A DNA stretch of 64,000 nucleotides from Planctomycetota bacterium. GTDB lineage: Bacteria > Planctomycetota > B15-G4. A program made the translations under genes and the position numbers. The stretch spans positions 1,367,574 to 1,431,573 of the forward strand of contig CBDFJQ010000002.1 in NCBI GenBank assembly GCA_965248575.1, given 5' to 3'. Positions 13,134 through 21,200 of the stretch are shown here, piece after piece; the first letter of the stretch is position 1, and each line of letters opens with the position of its first letter. The notes under the pieces were generated by a model. The model was given only the letters and a program-made list of their open reading frames with translations. It was not told the DNA's origin and made no database searches.

Positions 13134-13520
13134 CTATGGCTTGCCTGATTCCGAGCTGGAGTCGGAGACATCGGTCGGCGGCGGCGCCGGAACGCGCTCG
13201 CGCATCACGCGACCCACCTTGAACTTGACGACGCGCTTCGGCGGCACGTCCACCTTCTCGAGCGTGCGCGGGTTCTGCGCCCGTCGAGCTCGTCGGGTGC
13301 GCACCTCGAAGACCCCGAAGTCGCGGAATTCCAAGCGATTCCCGCGGCTGAGATCCGCAACGATCTCATCCAGGAACATCTGGATGATCGTCTTCGTGAC
13401 CACCTTGGTCTCCCCGGTCCGCTCGGCAATACGATTCACGAGGTCCTTCTTCGTGATCGTGATACCGCCAGGGACCAGCTCCCCACCAGCCGACGCAGAA
13501 GATTCAGGAGTGGAATCCAA
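13134..13520 (-). CDS. HU/IHF-family DNA-binding protein with N- and C-terminal extensions
   Basis: Core ITKKDLVNRIAERTGETKVVTKTIIQMFLDEIVADLSRGNRLEFRDFGVFEVRTRRARRAQNPRTLEKVDVPPKRVVKFKVGRVM has the IHF/HU fold signature (R-N-P-T-E). Both termini carry Ser/Pro-rich tails. Confidence 0.75.
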   Translation of the reverse strand: MDSTPESSASAGGELVPGGITITKKDLVNRIAERTGETKVVTKTIIQMFLDEIVADLSRGNRLEFRDFGVFEVRTRRARRAQNPRTLEKVDVPPKRVVKFKVGRVMRERVPAPPPTDVSDSSSESGKP

Positions 13521-13685
13521 GAGGCTCCTTCATGGTTCCCCGAACGAAACGACCCGAGCAGGCATGCACGGTGTTCGAGCGTCTGACGCGATCAAATCCC
13601 GGCGCACCAAGCCCGCGCTCACGAGCGCAAAGCGGTCTGATGCGCGCTCACTCTAACAGTGTTCAAACCCTTGTCAAGAAAGCGG

Positions 13686-14159
13686 TTAGGACCCTGACTC
13701 CGCGCCGTGCTGGAAGCCTGGCCGCGAGTCCAGGTGCAAGGTGAACGGCCCGTCGTTGCACAGCGAGAGCTGCATCATTGCGCCGAAGCGTCCCTGAGCG
13801 ACCGGAACCCCGCGCGACTGGAGCTCCCTCTCAAACGCCGCCAACAGTTCCTGGGCCCGCTCTGGAGACGCGGCCTTCGTGAAGCCCGGCCTCCGTCCTT
13901 TCCTCCACTCAGCTGCCAGGGTGAATTGCGACACGACGAGAGCCGCCCCACCCACATCCATCAGTGACCGCTGGCTGCGCCCATCCTCATCCGGGAAGAC
14001 GCGCAGGTCGACGATCTTGTTGGCCAACCAGAGCACCTCTTCGCGTGTGTCTCCTTGGACGGCGCACACGAGAAGGCACAGCCCGGGACCGATCTCACCC
14101 ACGACCTCATCGCCCACGCGCACCGCGGCTTCGCGCACCCGTTGAGCGACGACGATCAT
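13686..14159 (-). CDS. dtd: D-aminoacyl-tRNA deacylase
   Basis: MIVVAQRVREAAVRV...SQFTLAAEW...GRRPGFT...FGAMMQLSLCNDGPFTLHLDS matches DTD family motifs (SQFTL, NDGPVT-like). Confidence 0.85.
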   Translation of the reverse strand: MIVVAQRVREAAVRVGDEVVGEIGPGLCLLVCAVQGDTREEVLWLANKIVDLRVFPDEDGRSQRSLMDVGGAALVVSQFTLAAEWRKGRRPGFTKAASPERAQELLAAFERELQSRGVPVAQGRFGAMMQLSLCNDGPFTLHLDSRPGFQHGAESGS

Positions 14160-15190
14160 GGAGCGCGCATCGCCCGACTCGCTCCGGCCATCCCCACGGC
14201 TTCCCGGGCCGCCCCCACCACCTCCGCCGCCACGGAACGCGCGCGGCCGGCGGCTGTCACCAGCACGTCCTCCACGAAGTCGGGATCCGCTTCCAGCGCA
14301 GCCCTCCGCTCGCGCGCTGCACTGAAGGTGGCATCGATGGCTGCAAGCAGTTCCTTCTTGGCGTCCCCATAGCCGTAGCCCCCCGCCCGCAGACGCTTCG
14401 CCATGCTCTCCGTCTCCTCAGCTGAGGCCACGAGCTTGTAGAGCTGCCACACCGTGCAGGCCTCGGGGTCCTTCACATCGTCGACGCCGAGACTGTCCGT
14501 GACGACAGACATGACCGACTTCTTGAGGGGCTTCCCCGTGGCGAAGATTCCGATGGTGTTGCCGTAGCTCTTGGACATCTTCTGTCCATCCGACCCAGGC
14601 ACGACCGCCCCCGATTCGGACAGCCGCCCTTCGGGGCGCCGGAACACCTCGCATTTGTAGGCGGCATGAAAAGCCTCCGCCATGTCCTGGGTCATCTCGA
14701 TGTGCTGGATCTGGTCCTTGCCCACCGGCACCACGTCCGAGTGGTAGGCCAGGATGTCCGCAGCCATGAGCACGGGATACAGGAACAGCCCTGCCCGGGG
14801 CCGGATCCCCTTGGCCACCTTGTCCTTGTACGAGGTCGCTCGCTCGAGCAGCCCCATCCCCGTCACCGTGGACAGGAGCCACGTCAGCTCGCAGACCTCC
14901 GGCACATCCGACTGCCGGAACAGGAGCGCCTTGGCGGGGTCCAGGCCCAGAGCCAGGTAGTCCAGGGCCACGTCCTTCACGGCGACGGCAAAGGCCGCAC
15001 GATCCTGGAAGGTGGTGAGGGCGTGATAGTCGGCAATGAAATAGAAGCCGTCTCCCTGGTCCTGCAGCGAGATGTGCTGCTGGATCGCCCCGAAGTAGTT
15101 GCCGAGGTGCAGCTTCCCGCTGGGCTGGATGCCGGACAGGATGCGGGTGGTGTTGGCGGGCACGAGGCTCTCCGGCCAGGGAGGAAACAC
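14156..15190 (-). CDS. trpS: Tryptophan--tRNA ligase
   Basis: ILSGIQPSGKLHLGNYFGAI (HIGH-type motif) and KMSKS (DGQKMSKSYGN). 344 aa. The start overlaps the dtd start region with ATGA coupling at 14156-14159. Confidence 0.9.
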   Translation of the reverse strand: MFPPWPESLVPANTTRILSGIQPSGKLHLGNYFGAIQQHISLQDQGDGFYFIADYHALTTFQDRAAFAVAVKDVALDYLALGLDPAKALLFRQSDVPEVCELTWLLSTVTGMGLLERATSYKDKVAKGIRPRAGLFLYPVLMAADILAYHSDVVPVGKDQIQHIEMTQDMAEAFHAAYKCEVFRRPEGRLSESGAVVPGSDGQKMSKSYGNTIGIFATGKPLKKSVMSVVTDSLGVDDVKDPEACTVWQLYKLVASAEETESMAKRLRAGGYGYGDAKKELLAAIDATFSAARERRAALEADPDFVEDVLVTAAGRARSVAAEVVGAAREAVGMAGASRAMRAP

Positions 15191-15347
15191 GGACGAATCG
15201 GCGAGGAAACCGTGGGGAAATCCTCAGGGCTGTCCAGCGGCGCGGAGCCGTCGGGCAGTGCCGACCTAGAACGGTACACCTCGTAGAATCGAAGTCTCAA
15301 GACACGAAGCGCTTGAGACCGGCGCTCCGCCTTGGGACGGTTGTCCC

Positions 15348-16844
15348 GTGCGGACCGGGAGACATCGACAATTCTGGTGGCACCCGGCTGGCGCGGGTGC
15401 CCTTTTCATGCTCTTGCTGGGCGGGTGTTCTTCCCTGCCTGAGCTGGACTGGAATCCGCTCATCCGCATCGAGCACACGCCGGATGGATCCGTCGAGATC
15501 GAGGCCCTGGGCCCGCTGATCGACATCCGTGAGGGCCCCGAAGGGACCTCCCACGCCCTGCGCCCGCTCTACCAGCACAAGGCCAACTTCGGCAAGCCGA
15601 TCACCGATTTCCTGGCGCCCTTCGGCCGGCGCTTCGTCACGGCCGACGCGACCCGCTGGCGCTTCTGGCCCCTCGTCTGGTCGGGTGAAACGCGCGACAG
15701 TCCCGAAGGTGCCGAGTGGGATGCGGTCCTGCTGCCCCTGATCTTCACCGGCGGCGGCCCGCGCCAGGGCGATGGCTACTTTGCCCTCTTCCCGTTGGGC
15801 GGGCGCATTCGCAACATCTTCGGCCTCGAGACCTTCGATTTCTTCCTCTGGCCCTTCTTCATGCGCACGCGCATGGACATCGACGAGCAATCCACCTCGT
15901 GGACGGTCTTGCTGGGCGGCGGCTGGACCACCGGCGGCCCCCGCGACGACAGCTGGCGGGCCCTGCCCTTCTACCGGCACCGCATCGTGCGCCATGTCGA
16001 CGGGACCCTGCGCACCGATCAACGCAGCGCGCTCTGGCCCATCTTCACTTGGGGGCTGGACCACGGCGACAGCGCCGACCCTTCCATGCGCTTTTCCGCC
16101 TGGCCGCTGTTCGGCCGCGAAGCGGGGGAGAGCTGGTCTCGAACCACCGTGCTGTGGCCCTTCTTCCGCGTGAACCGCGAGACAGAAGAGGCCGGCGGTG
16201 ACTACCTCTACGACCTTCCGTGGCCGCTGGTACGCGTCTCCAAGGACGAGAAGAAGTCGGTCACGCGCGTCTTCCCCTTCTACAGCCACCAGGTGAGTGA
16301 GGACTTGGACTCCCTCACGCTGCTCTACCTGTATTGGGACCGGGCCAGCACCGGCCGGACCTCCGACGAGGGCTGGCCGCCGCGGAACTACGAACGCCAG
16401 GACACCTACCTGTTTCCCTTCTGGCACAACTCTCACCGCACCGTGTCCGGGCGCGAGGGGGCCGACGTCCAACATCAACTTTGGCCGCTCTTTCACCGCG
16501 ACGCCGACGCACGCGGACGTCGGGATGCCGCCTTCCTTTCCCTGGTACCGACGCGTCACTTCGAATTCCTGCGCCCCGTCGACGAGCTCTACTCGTTCTT
16601 GTGGACCCTCTGGCGTTCGCGCTCGGACGGCACCAGCCACGAGACGCGCTTCCTCTTCGACACGGTTCTTTATCGCGAGTCCCCGGAAGGTCTCAGAATC
16701 TCGGTTCCCTTCCTCTATTCTCGGCGCCCAGACTCCGCAGGCCTCGACAAGCACCAGATCCTCTGGGGCCTGCTGGGCGCGGGAACGGACGCAGACGGTC
16801 TAGCCGAACTCAGCTTGGCGGGGTGGACGCTTTGGGCACGCTAA
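15348..16844 (+). CDS. Tryptophan-rich repeat lipoprotein of unknown function (signal peptide plus lipobox LLGGC)
   Basis: N-terminus MRTGRHRQFWWHPAGAGALFMLLLGGCSS is a lipoprotein signal. The body carries about eight degenerate copies of a (L/F)WP(L/F)(F/V) motif spaced 25-30 aa apart. Strong GC3 coding bias on this strand. Its 3' end overlaps the mlaE start. Confidence 0.6.
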   Translation: MRTGRHRQFWWHPAGAGALFMLLLGGCSSLPELDWNPLIRIEHTPDGSVEIEALGPLIDIREGPEGTSHALRPLYQHKANFGKPITDFLAPFGRRFVTADATRWRFWPLVWSGETRDSPEGAEWDAVLLPLIFTGGGPRQGDGYFALFPLGGRIRNIFGLETFDFFLWPFFMRTRMDIDEQSTSWTVLLGGGWTTGGPRDDSWRALPFYRHRIVRHVDGTLRTDQRSALWPIFTWGLDHGDSADPSMRFSAWPLFGREAGESWSRTTVLWPFFRVNRETEEAGGDYLYDLPWPLVRVSKDEKKSVTRVFPFYSHQVSEDLDSLTLLYLYWDRASTGRTSDEGWPPRNYERQDTYLFPFWHNSHRTVSGREGADVQHQLWPLFHRDADARGRRDAAFLSLVPTRHFEFLRPVDELYSFLWTLWRSRSDGTSHETRFLFDTVLYRESPEGLRISVPFLYSRRPDSAGLDKHQILWGLLGAGTDADGLAELSLAGWTLWAR

Positions 16845-17644
16845 AGACAACTCTCGAGTCTCGCGGCCGCGCGATTCGGGAGACGGTCACCGAAGCGGGC
16901 TTCGCCGTCACGATCCTGCTGCGCAGTGCCCAGCGCATCGTGCCCGACCTGCGGCACCGCTCGCGCTTCACCCTGGACCAGCTGGCGGTCTGTGGCATCT
17001 CGCCCCTGCCCGTGGTCTGCGTCGTGGGTCTCTTCACCGGCATGCTGCTCGCGCTGCAGGTCGGCATGGAGCTCTCGAAGGTCGGTCAGTCGGAAGCCAT
17101 CGCCAACATGCTCGGCGTGATCCTGTTCCGCGAGATGGGCCCCTTCATGACGTCCATGATCCTCACGGCCAGCGTCGGCAGCGCCATGGCGGCCGAGATC
17201 GGGACCATGCGCGTCTCCGAGGAGATCGACGCGCTGGAGTGCATGTCCGTCGACCCCATCTCCTTCCTGGTCATGCCGCGCATCATCGCCATGGCCATCA
17301 TGACGCCCATCCTCACCTTCATCGGCTGCATCCTGGGCTGCATCGGCGGCGGCATCGTGGCCAAGACGCAGCTGTCCGTCTCCGCCTCCGTCTACCTGCG
17401 CAACCTGCTCAGCTCGCTCGAGGCGGAGCCCAACAGCCTGGGCCCGTTCCCCGAGGAGATCTACACGGGGCTGATCAAGTCCGTGGTCTTCGGCGTGCTC
17501 GTAGCGACCATCAGCTGTGCGGCCGGACTCAAGGCAAGCGGTGGCGCCATCGGAGTGGGCCGCTGTGTCCGCACCGCCGTCGTGCGCTGCTTCCTGATGC
17601 TGATCATCATCGGCTACTACATCTCCTGGATGTTCTTCAAGTGA
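16823..17644 (+). CDS. mlaE: Phospholipid ABC transporter permease MlaE family
   Basis: In-frame GTG at 16823 begins VDALGTLKTTLESRGRAIRETVTEAGFAVTILLRSAQRI.... The 273-aa multi-TM protein has the MlaE/YrbE signature ...EMGPFMTSMILTASVGSAMAAEIGTMRVSEEIDALE.... The upstream part of ORF 16334..17644 overlaps the lipoprotein gene and is not coding. Confidence 0.8.
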   Translation: MDALGTLKTTLESRGRAIRETVTEAGFAVTILLRSAQRIVPDLRHRSRFTLDQLAVCGISPLPVVCVVGLFTGMLLALQVGMELSKVGQSEAIANMLGVILFREMGPFMTSMILTASVGSAMAAEIGTMRVSEEIDALECMSVDPISFLVMPRIIAMAIMTPILTFIGCILGCIGGGIVAKTQLSVSASVYLRNLLSSLEAEPNSLGPFPEEIYTGLIKSVVFGVLVATISCAAGLKASGGAIGVGRCVRTAVVRCFLMLIIIGYYISWMFFK

Positions 17645-18393
17645 TCCAACTCGAGAACGTTCACAAGTCCTTTGGCGATCTGCACATCTTGCGCGGCGTC
17701 GACCTCACCCTCGAAAGTGGCGAGACGCTCGTGGTCCTGGGCCTCTCGGGCACGGGCAAGAGCGTCACCTTGAAGCACATGGTGGGCTTGCTGAAACCCG
17801 ATTCGGGGCGCATCACCGTGGACGGCGTGGACGTACCCACCGCGAACGGTGAGCAGCTGCGGGATATCCGCCGCAAGGTCGCCTACCTCTTCCAGACGGG
17901 TGCGCTCGTGAACTGGATGAGCGTCCGCGACAACGTGTCCCTGCCGCTGGTTGAGAAGCGCTCGCTGCCCCCTGGCGAGATCCGTGAGCGCGTAGACGAA
18001 TCGCTGCAGTCGCTCGACATGTTGGAGGCGGCCGAGCGCATGCCGGCCGAGATCTCCGGCGGCATGCGCAAGCGAGCGGCCCTGGCCAGGGTGCTCGTCG
18101 CCCAACCCAAGGCCATCCTCTACGACGAACCCACCGCGGGCCTCGACCCCATCATGGCGCGCACCGTGGGCCACCTCATCCGGGACGTCCAATCGTCCGG
18201 TGATCGCACCGCCATGGTGGTCACGCACGACCTCGAACTCGCCTTCGCGGTCGCCACCCGCATCGGGCTCCACTTCGAGGGCCAGCTCATCGAGCTCGCG
18301 CCCCCGGACGAATTCAAGCAGAGCAGTCACCCCATCATCCGCGCCTTCCTCGACGGCAGCACCACCGTCGAGGGGGAGGGACTCAAGAAGTGA
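17641..18393 (+). CDS. mlaF: Phospholipid ABC transporter ATP-binding protein MlaF family
   Basis: GTG at 17641 overlapping the mlaE stop (GTGA). VIQLENVHKSFGDLHILRGVDLTLESGETLVVLGLSGTGKSV (Walker A), LSGGMRKRAALARVL (signature), ILYDEPTAGLD (Walker B). Confidence 0.85.
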   Translation: MIQLENVHKSFGDLHILRGVDLTLESGETLVVLGLSGTGKSVTLKHMVGLLKPDSGRITVDGVDVPTANGEQLRDIRRKVAYLFQTGALVNWMSVRDNVSLPLVEKRSLPPGEIRERVDESLQSLDMLEAAERMPAEISGGMRKRAALARVLVAQPKAILYDEPTAGLDPIMARTVGHLIRDVQSSGDRTAMVVTHDLELAFAVATRIGLHFEGQLIELAPPDEFKQSSHPIIRAFLDGSTTVEGEGLKK

Positions 18394-19604
18394 AGAACCG
18401 CAACAACGACGCAATCCTGGGCATCGTGTTCTTTGGCGCCTTGATCGGCCTGGGCGTCATGACGATCGTGCTCTCAGACTTTGCCCTCGGCGCGGAGACC
18501 TTCCGCGTGAAGGTCTACGCCACCGACATCGGCTACCTGCGAGCAGGCGACCCTATCCTTCTGCATGGCATGGCCGCCGGCAAGGTGGAGGAGATCAACC
18601 GGCTCCCGCAGCCGCTGCTCATCGCCGAGCCCCACGACTCCAGCGGCGCGAGCCCAGGCGAGGCCAACTGCACGGTGGAGGTTCAGCTGAAGATGGAGGT
18701 GGACCCCTATCTCTACCTGCGCCAGGACTACGACATCCTGATCGAGGACCTGGGCCTGCTGGGCGGCAAGATGGTGCGCATGGTCGTGGGGAGAGCAGAC
18801 GTCTTCATCCCCAAAGGCCAACAGCTCTACGCCTTGGCCCCCCCGTCGGCCGTCCAGGCTGCCAGCGAGATCCTCGAAGAGAACCGGGCCGACATCCGGG
18901 ACGCCATCGCCCAGATCAACGAGTTTGCCGAGAAGGCGAACCGGGGTGAGGGCACCCTGGGCCTGCTCATGAATGACGCCGAGACGCGGGCGCGCATCGA
19001 GGGCATCATCGACGACATCACCACGGTGGGCGATAGCCTGACCAACGGCGAGGGGACCATGGGCAAGCTGCTCAACGACAGCGCACCCTTCGACGACTTG
19101 AAGGTGGCCATGGCCGATGCTCGCAGCTTCACTGACCGCATCCGCAAGGGTGAAGGCACCGTGGGCAAGATGATCCAGGACGACACCATCTACGAGGACA
19201 TCCGTTCGCTGACAGAAGAGGCGCGGACAGGGCTCTCAGGCATCTGGGATGGCGAAGGAACCCTGGGCAAGCTGATCAACGACGACGCCCTCTACGCACA
19301 GGCCGAAGAGTTCATGGCGGATCTGCTCGAGATTGCCGAGAAGGTCTCCGACGGCGAGGGCACGCTCGGCCGTCTGCTCAATGACGCCCAGCTCTACGAT
19401 GACGTGGTGGCCTTCGTGAACGATGCGAGGGTCGTGTTCAGCGATCTGCGCGATGGCAAGGGGCTTGTGGCCGCGCTCATCAACGACGAAGAGCTACTCG
19501 ACGACTTCCGCTCCATCCTGAGCCAGGTGCTTGGGGCCATCGAGGACGCCCGGGAAACGACGCCCGTCACCAGCCTCGGATCCTTCCTGTTCGGCACCTT
19601 CTAG
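18390..19604 (+). CDS. mlaD: MCE-domain protein MlaD family with a long C-terminal tandem-repeat region
   Basis: GTG start overlapping the mlaF stop. N-terminal TM (AILGIVFFGALIGLGVMTIVL) then an MCE domain. C-terminal 185 aa consists of about six ~30-35-aa repeats centred on G-E-G-T-[LMV]-G-[KRL]-L-[LIM]-N/Q-D. Confidence 0.8.
   Translation: MKNRNNDAILGIVFFGALIGLGVMTIVLSDFALGAETFRVKVYATDIGYLRAGDPILLHGMAAGKVEEINRLPQPLLIAEPHDSSGASPGEANCTVEVQLKMEVDPYLYLRQDYDILIEDLGLLGGKMVRMVVGRADVFIPKGQQLYALAPPSAVQAASEILEENRADIRDAIAQINEFAEKANRGEGTLGLLMNDAETRARIEGIIDDITTVGDSLTNGEGTMGKLLNDSAPFDDLKVAMADARSFTDRIRKGEGTVGKMIQDDTIYEDIRSLTEEARTGLSGIWDGEGTLGKLINDDALYAQAEEFMADLLEIAEKVSDGEGTLGRLLNDAQLYDDVVAFVNDARVVFSDLRDGKGLVAALINDEELLDDFRSILSQVLGAIEDARETTPVTSLGSFLFGTF
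18945..19510 (+). repeat. In-frame coding tandem repeats (6 copies, about 90-105 nt each) inside mlaD
   Basis: Protein-level repeats: NRGEGTLGLLMNDAE / TNGEGTMGKLLNDSAPFDD / RKGEGTVGKMIQDDTIYED / WDGEGTLGKLINDDALYAQ / SDGEGTLGRLLNDAQLYDD / RDGKGLVAALINDEELLDD. Confidence 0.7.
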
Positions 19605-19608
19605 CCGG

Positions 19609-21033
19609 TCAGGCCTCGCCAGCGGTGGACAGCAAGCCGATGTAGCGTCGGAAACGCTGCAGCAGCAATTGCGGCCGGCGCAGCTCGCGCATGATGCGCG
19701 AGGGGCGCATGTAGAAGCTCCGGTAGGCCCGGCGGATGGCTGCGGACACCTGCTCGCTGCTCATGACCTTGGCCACACCCACAGGCGTGGTGCCCGTGAA
19801 CTTGTCGAAGTCGAACTCGTCCTCCTGCTCGGCCCGGCTCTCCTTGTAGAGCTTTGTGTCCGGGTACGGCGTCACCACCGTGAACTGGACGGTGTCGGGG
19901 TCGAGGTAGATCGCCAGGTCGATGGTCTCACGTGCCATCGCCGGGGTCTCCTCCGGGAAGCCGATCATGAAGAAGCCGCGCGTGGCAATGCCATGCTTCT
20001 TACAGGACTCCATGACGACCTTGGCGTGCTCGTGGCTCTTGATCTTGCCGCGGCTGTACTTCTTCTGCAGCCCTTCGTTGCCGGCCTCGATGCCGAAGGA
20101 GACCGAGACGCAGCCGCCGCGCGCCATGGCGGCGATGAGCTCGTCGTCCATGGTCTTGATGGCCGTCTCACACTGCCAGAGCACGCCGAGCTTTGCCTGT
20201 TCCAGCATGGCGCTCAGCTCGATGACGCGGTCGCGGTCGTAGGCAAACAAGGGGTCCCGGAACACGATGTTGGTCACACCTTGCTCGTGAACGATTTGTT
20301 TCAGCTCGTCGAACACATTGACGGCTGATCGGCCACGCCACGGAATGCCCTGCGCAACCACGTACCCGCAGTACGTGCAGTTGATGGGGCAACCCCGGGA
20401 GGACTGCACCGTCTGGATGGGCCCCTCCATCGTGGGGATGCGGTACGGCTCCACGGGCAACAGTGCGCGCGAAGGGAAGGGCAAGGCATCCAAGGCGTCA
20501 CCGCGCAACAGCGGGCGGTCCGGGTTGCTGCTGGCCCCGCTCCCACGACGCACCGTCAGGCCATCCACGGCCAGGGGGTCCTCCCCCGCCTCAAGAGCCT
20601 TGAGCATCTGCTCAATGGTCAGCTCCGGCTCGCCGCGCACCACCGCGTCCACCTGCGAACCCGCCATGGCCAGGTCCGGCACCTTGCTGCCCTGGCTGCC
20701 CGTGATGCAGACCACGCTGTCCGGGGACACCTCTTTGATGCGATCGACCAACGCCAGATCCAGCGAGATGGTCGCGCTGGACGTCGCCAGGACCACCAAC
20801 GGCGAGGGGTGGGCCGCCAGTGCCTCCAGCACCACGCTGTCGTCCGATCCGTCCGCCTCGGCGTCCACGACGCTGGCCTGGTGACCCGCCCGCTCCACGA
20901 TGGCCGCCACGTAGAGCAGGTCCAGGGGCGGATAACAGAGCCCTTCACCCACGACCATGCCAAAACCGCCCATGAGCCCTCGGCTCACGCGCTGACTAGG
21001 AGGTGGTGGTGGATTGACGAGCAAGACGTGCAT
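19609..21033 (-). CDS. Cobalamin-binding (class B) radical SAM enzyme
   Basis: N-terminal B12-binding Rossmann-like domain (MHVLLVNPPPP...LLYVAAIVERAGHQASVVD...), then the radical SAM core with the CxxxCxxC cluster motif (SSRGCPINCTYCG) and GGCVSVSFGIE. 474 aa. Confidence 0.85.
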   Translation of the reverse strand: MHVLLVNPPPPPSQRVSRGLMGGFGMVVGEGLCYPPLDLLYVAAIVERAGHQASVVDAEADGSDDSVVLEALAAHPSPLVVLATSSATISLDLALVDRIKEVSPDSVVCITGSQGSKVPDLAMAGSQVDAVVRGEPELTIEQMLKALEAGEDPLAVDGLTVRRGSGASSNPDRPLLRGDALDALPFPSRALLPVEPYRIPTMEGPIQTVQSSRGCPINCTYCGYVVAQGIPWRGRSAVNVFDELKQIVHEQGVTNIVFRDPLFAYDRDRVIELSAMLEQAKLGVLWQCETAIKTMDDELIAAMARGGCVSVSFGIEAGNEGLQKKYSRGKIKSHEHAKVVMESCKKHGIATRGFFMIGFPEETPAMARETIDLAIYLDPDTVQFTVVTPYPDTKLYKESRAEQEDEFDFDKFTGTTPVGVAKVMSSEQVSAAIRRAYRSFYMRPSRIMRELRRPQLLLQRFRRYIGLLSTAGEA

Positions 21034-21200
21034 GGGGCGGCGTGGATCCTATCAGGCTGCTCGCCAGAGTCGACGAGAGGCCTTCTTTCGCGCGTTTTCA
21101 CCACCCAACTTGAGGCATCTAAGTGCGTTGATATCAAAGGCTTAACCAAAGTCATCCAGAAGCACGTCCGAAGAAAGGTGTTCGAAACTTCATTGTCACT
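21034..21200. promoter_or_regulatory. Divergent promoter region with a locally AT-richer stretch, between the rSAM gene and the 1049-aa gene
   Basis: 167-nt intergenic gap between divergently oriented genes. The stretch aacttgaggcatctaagtgcgttgatatcaaaggcttaaccaaagtcatccagaagcacgtccgaagaaaggtgttcgaaacttcattgtcac is markedly less GC-rich than its surroundings. Confidence 0.35.

Noticed and set aside
15297-16754. 485-aa minus-strand ORF overlapping the lipoprotein gene
   Set aside because: Its composition is Ala/Gly/Arg/Glu/Pro-rich with no motifs. The plus-strand frame has a lipoprotein signal, a periodic Trp motif and strong GC3 bias, so the plus-strand gene is the real one.
16334-16822. 5' part of ORF 16334..17644 (N-terminal 163 codons fused to mlaE)
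   Set aside because: It overlaps the lipoprotein gene in another frame and is Arg/Pro/Ser-rich nonsense. A proper MlaE of about 270 aa starts at the in-frame GTG at 16823.
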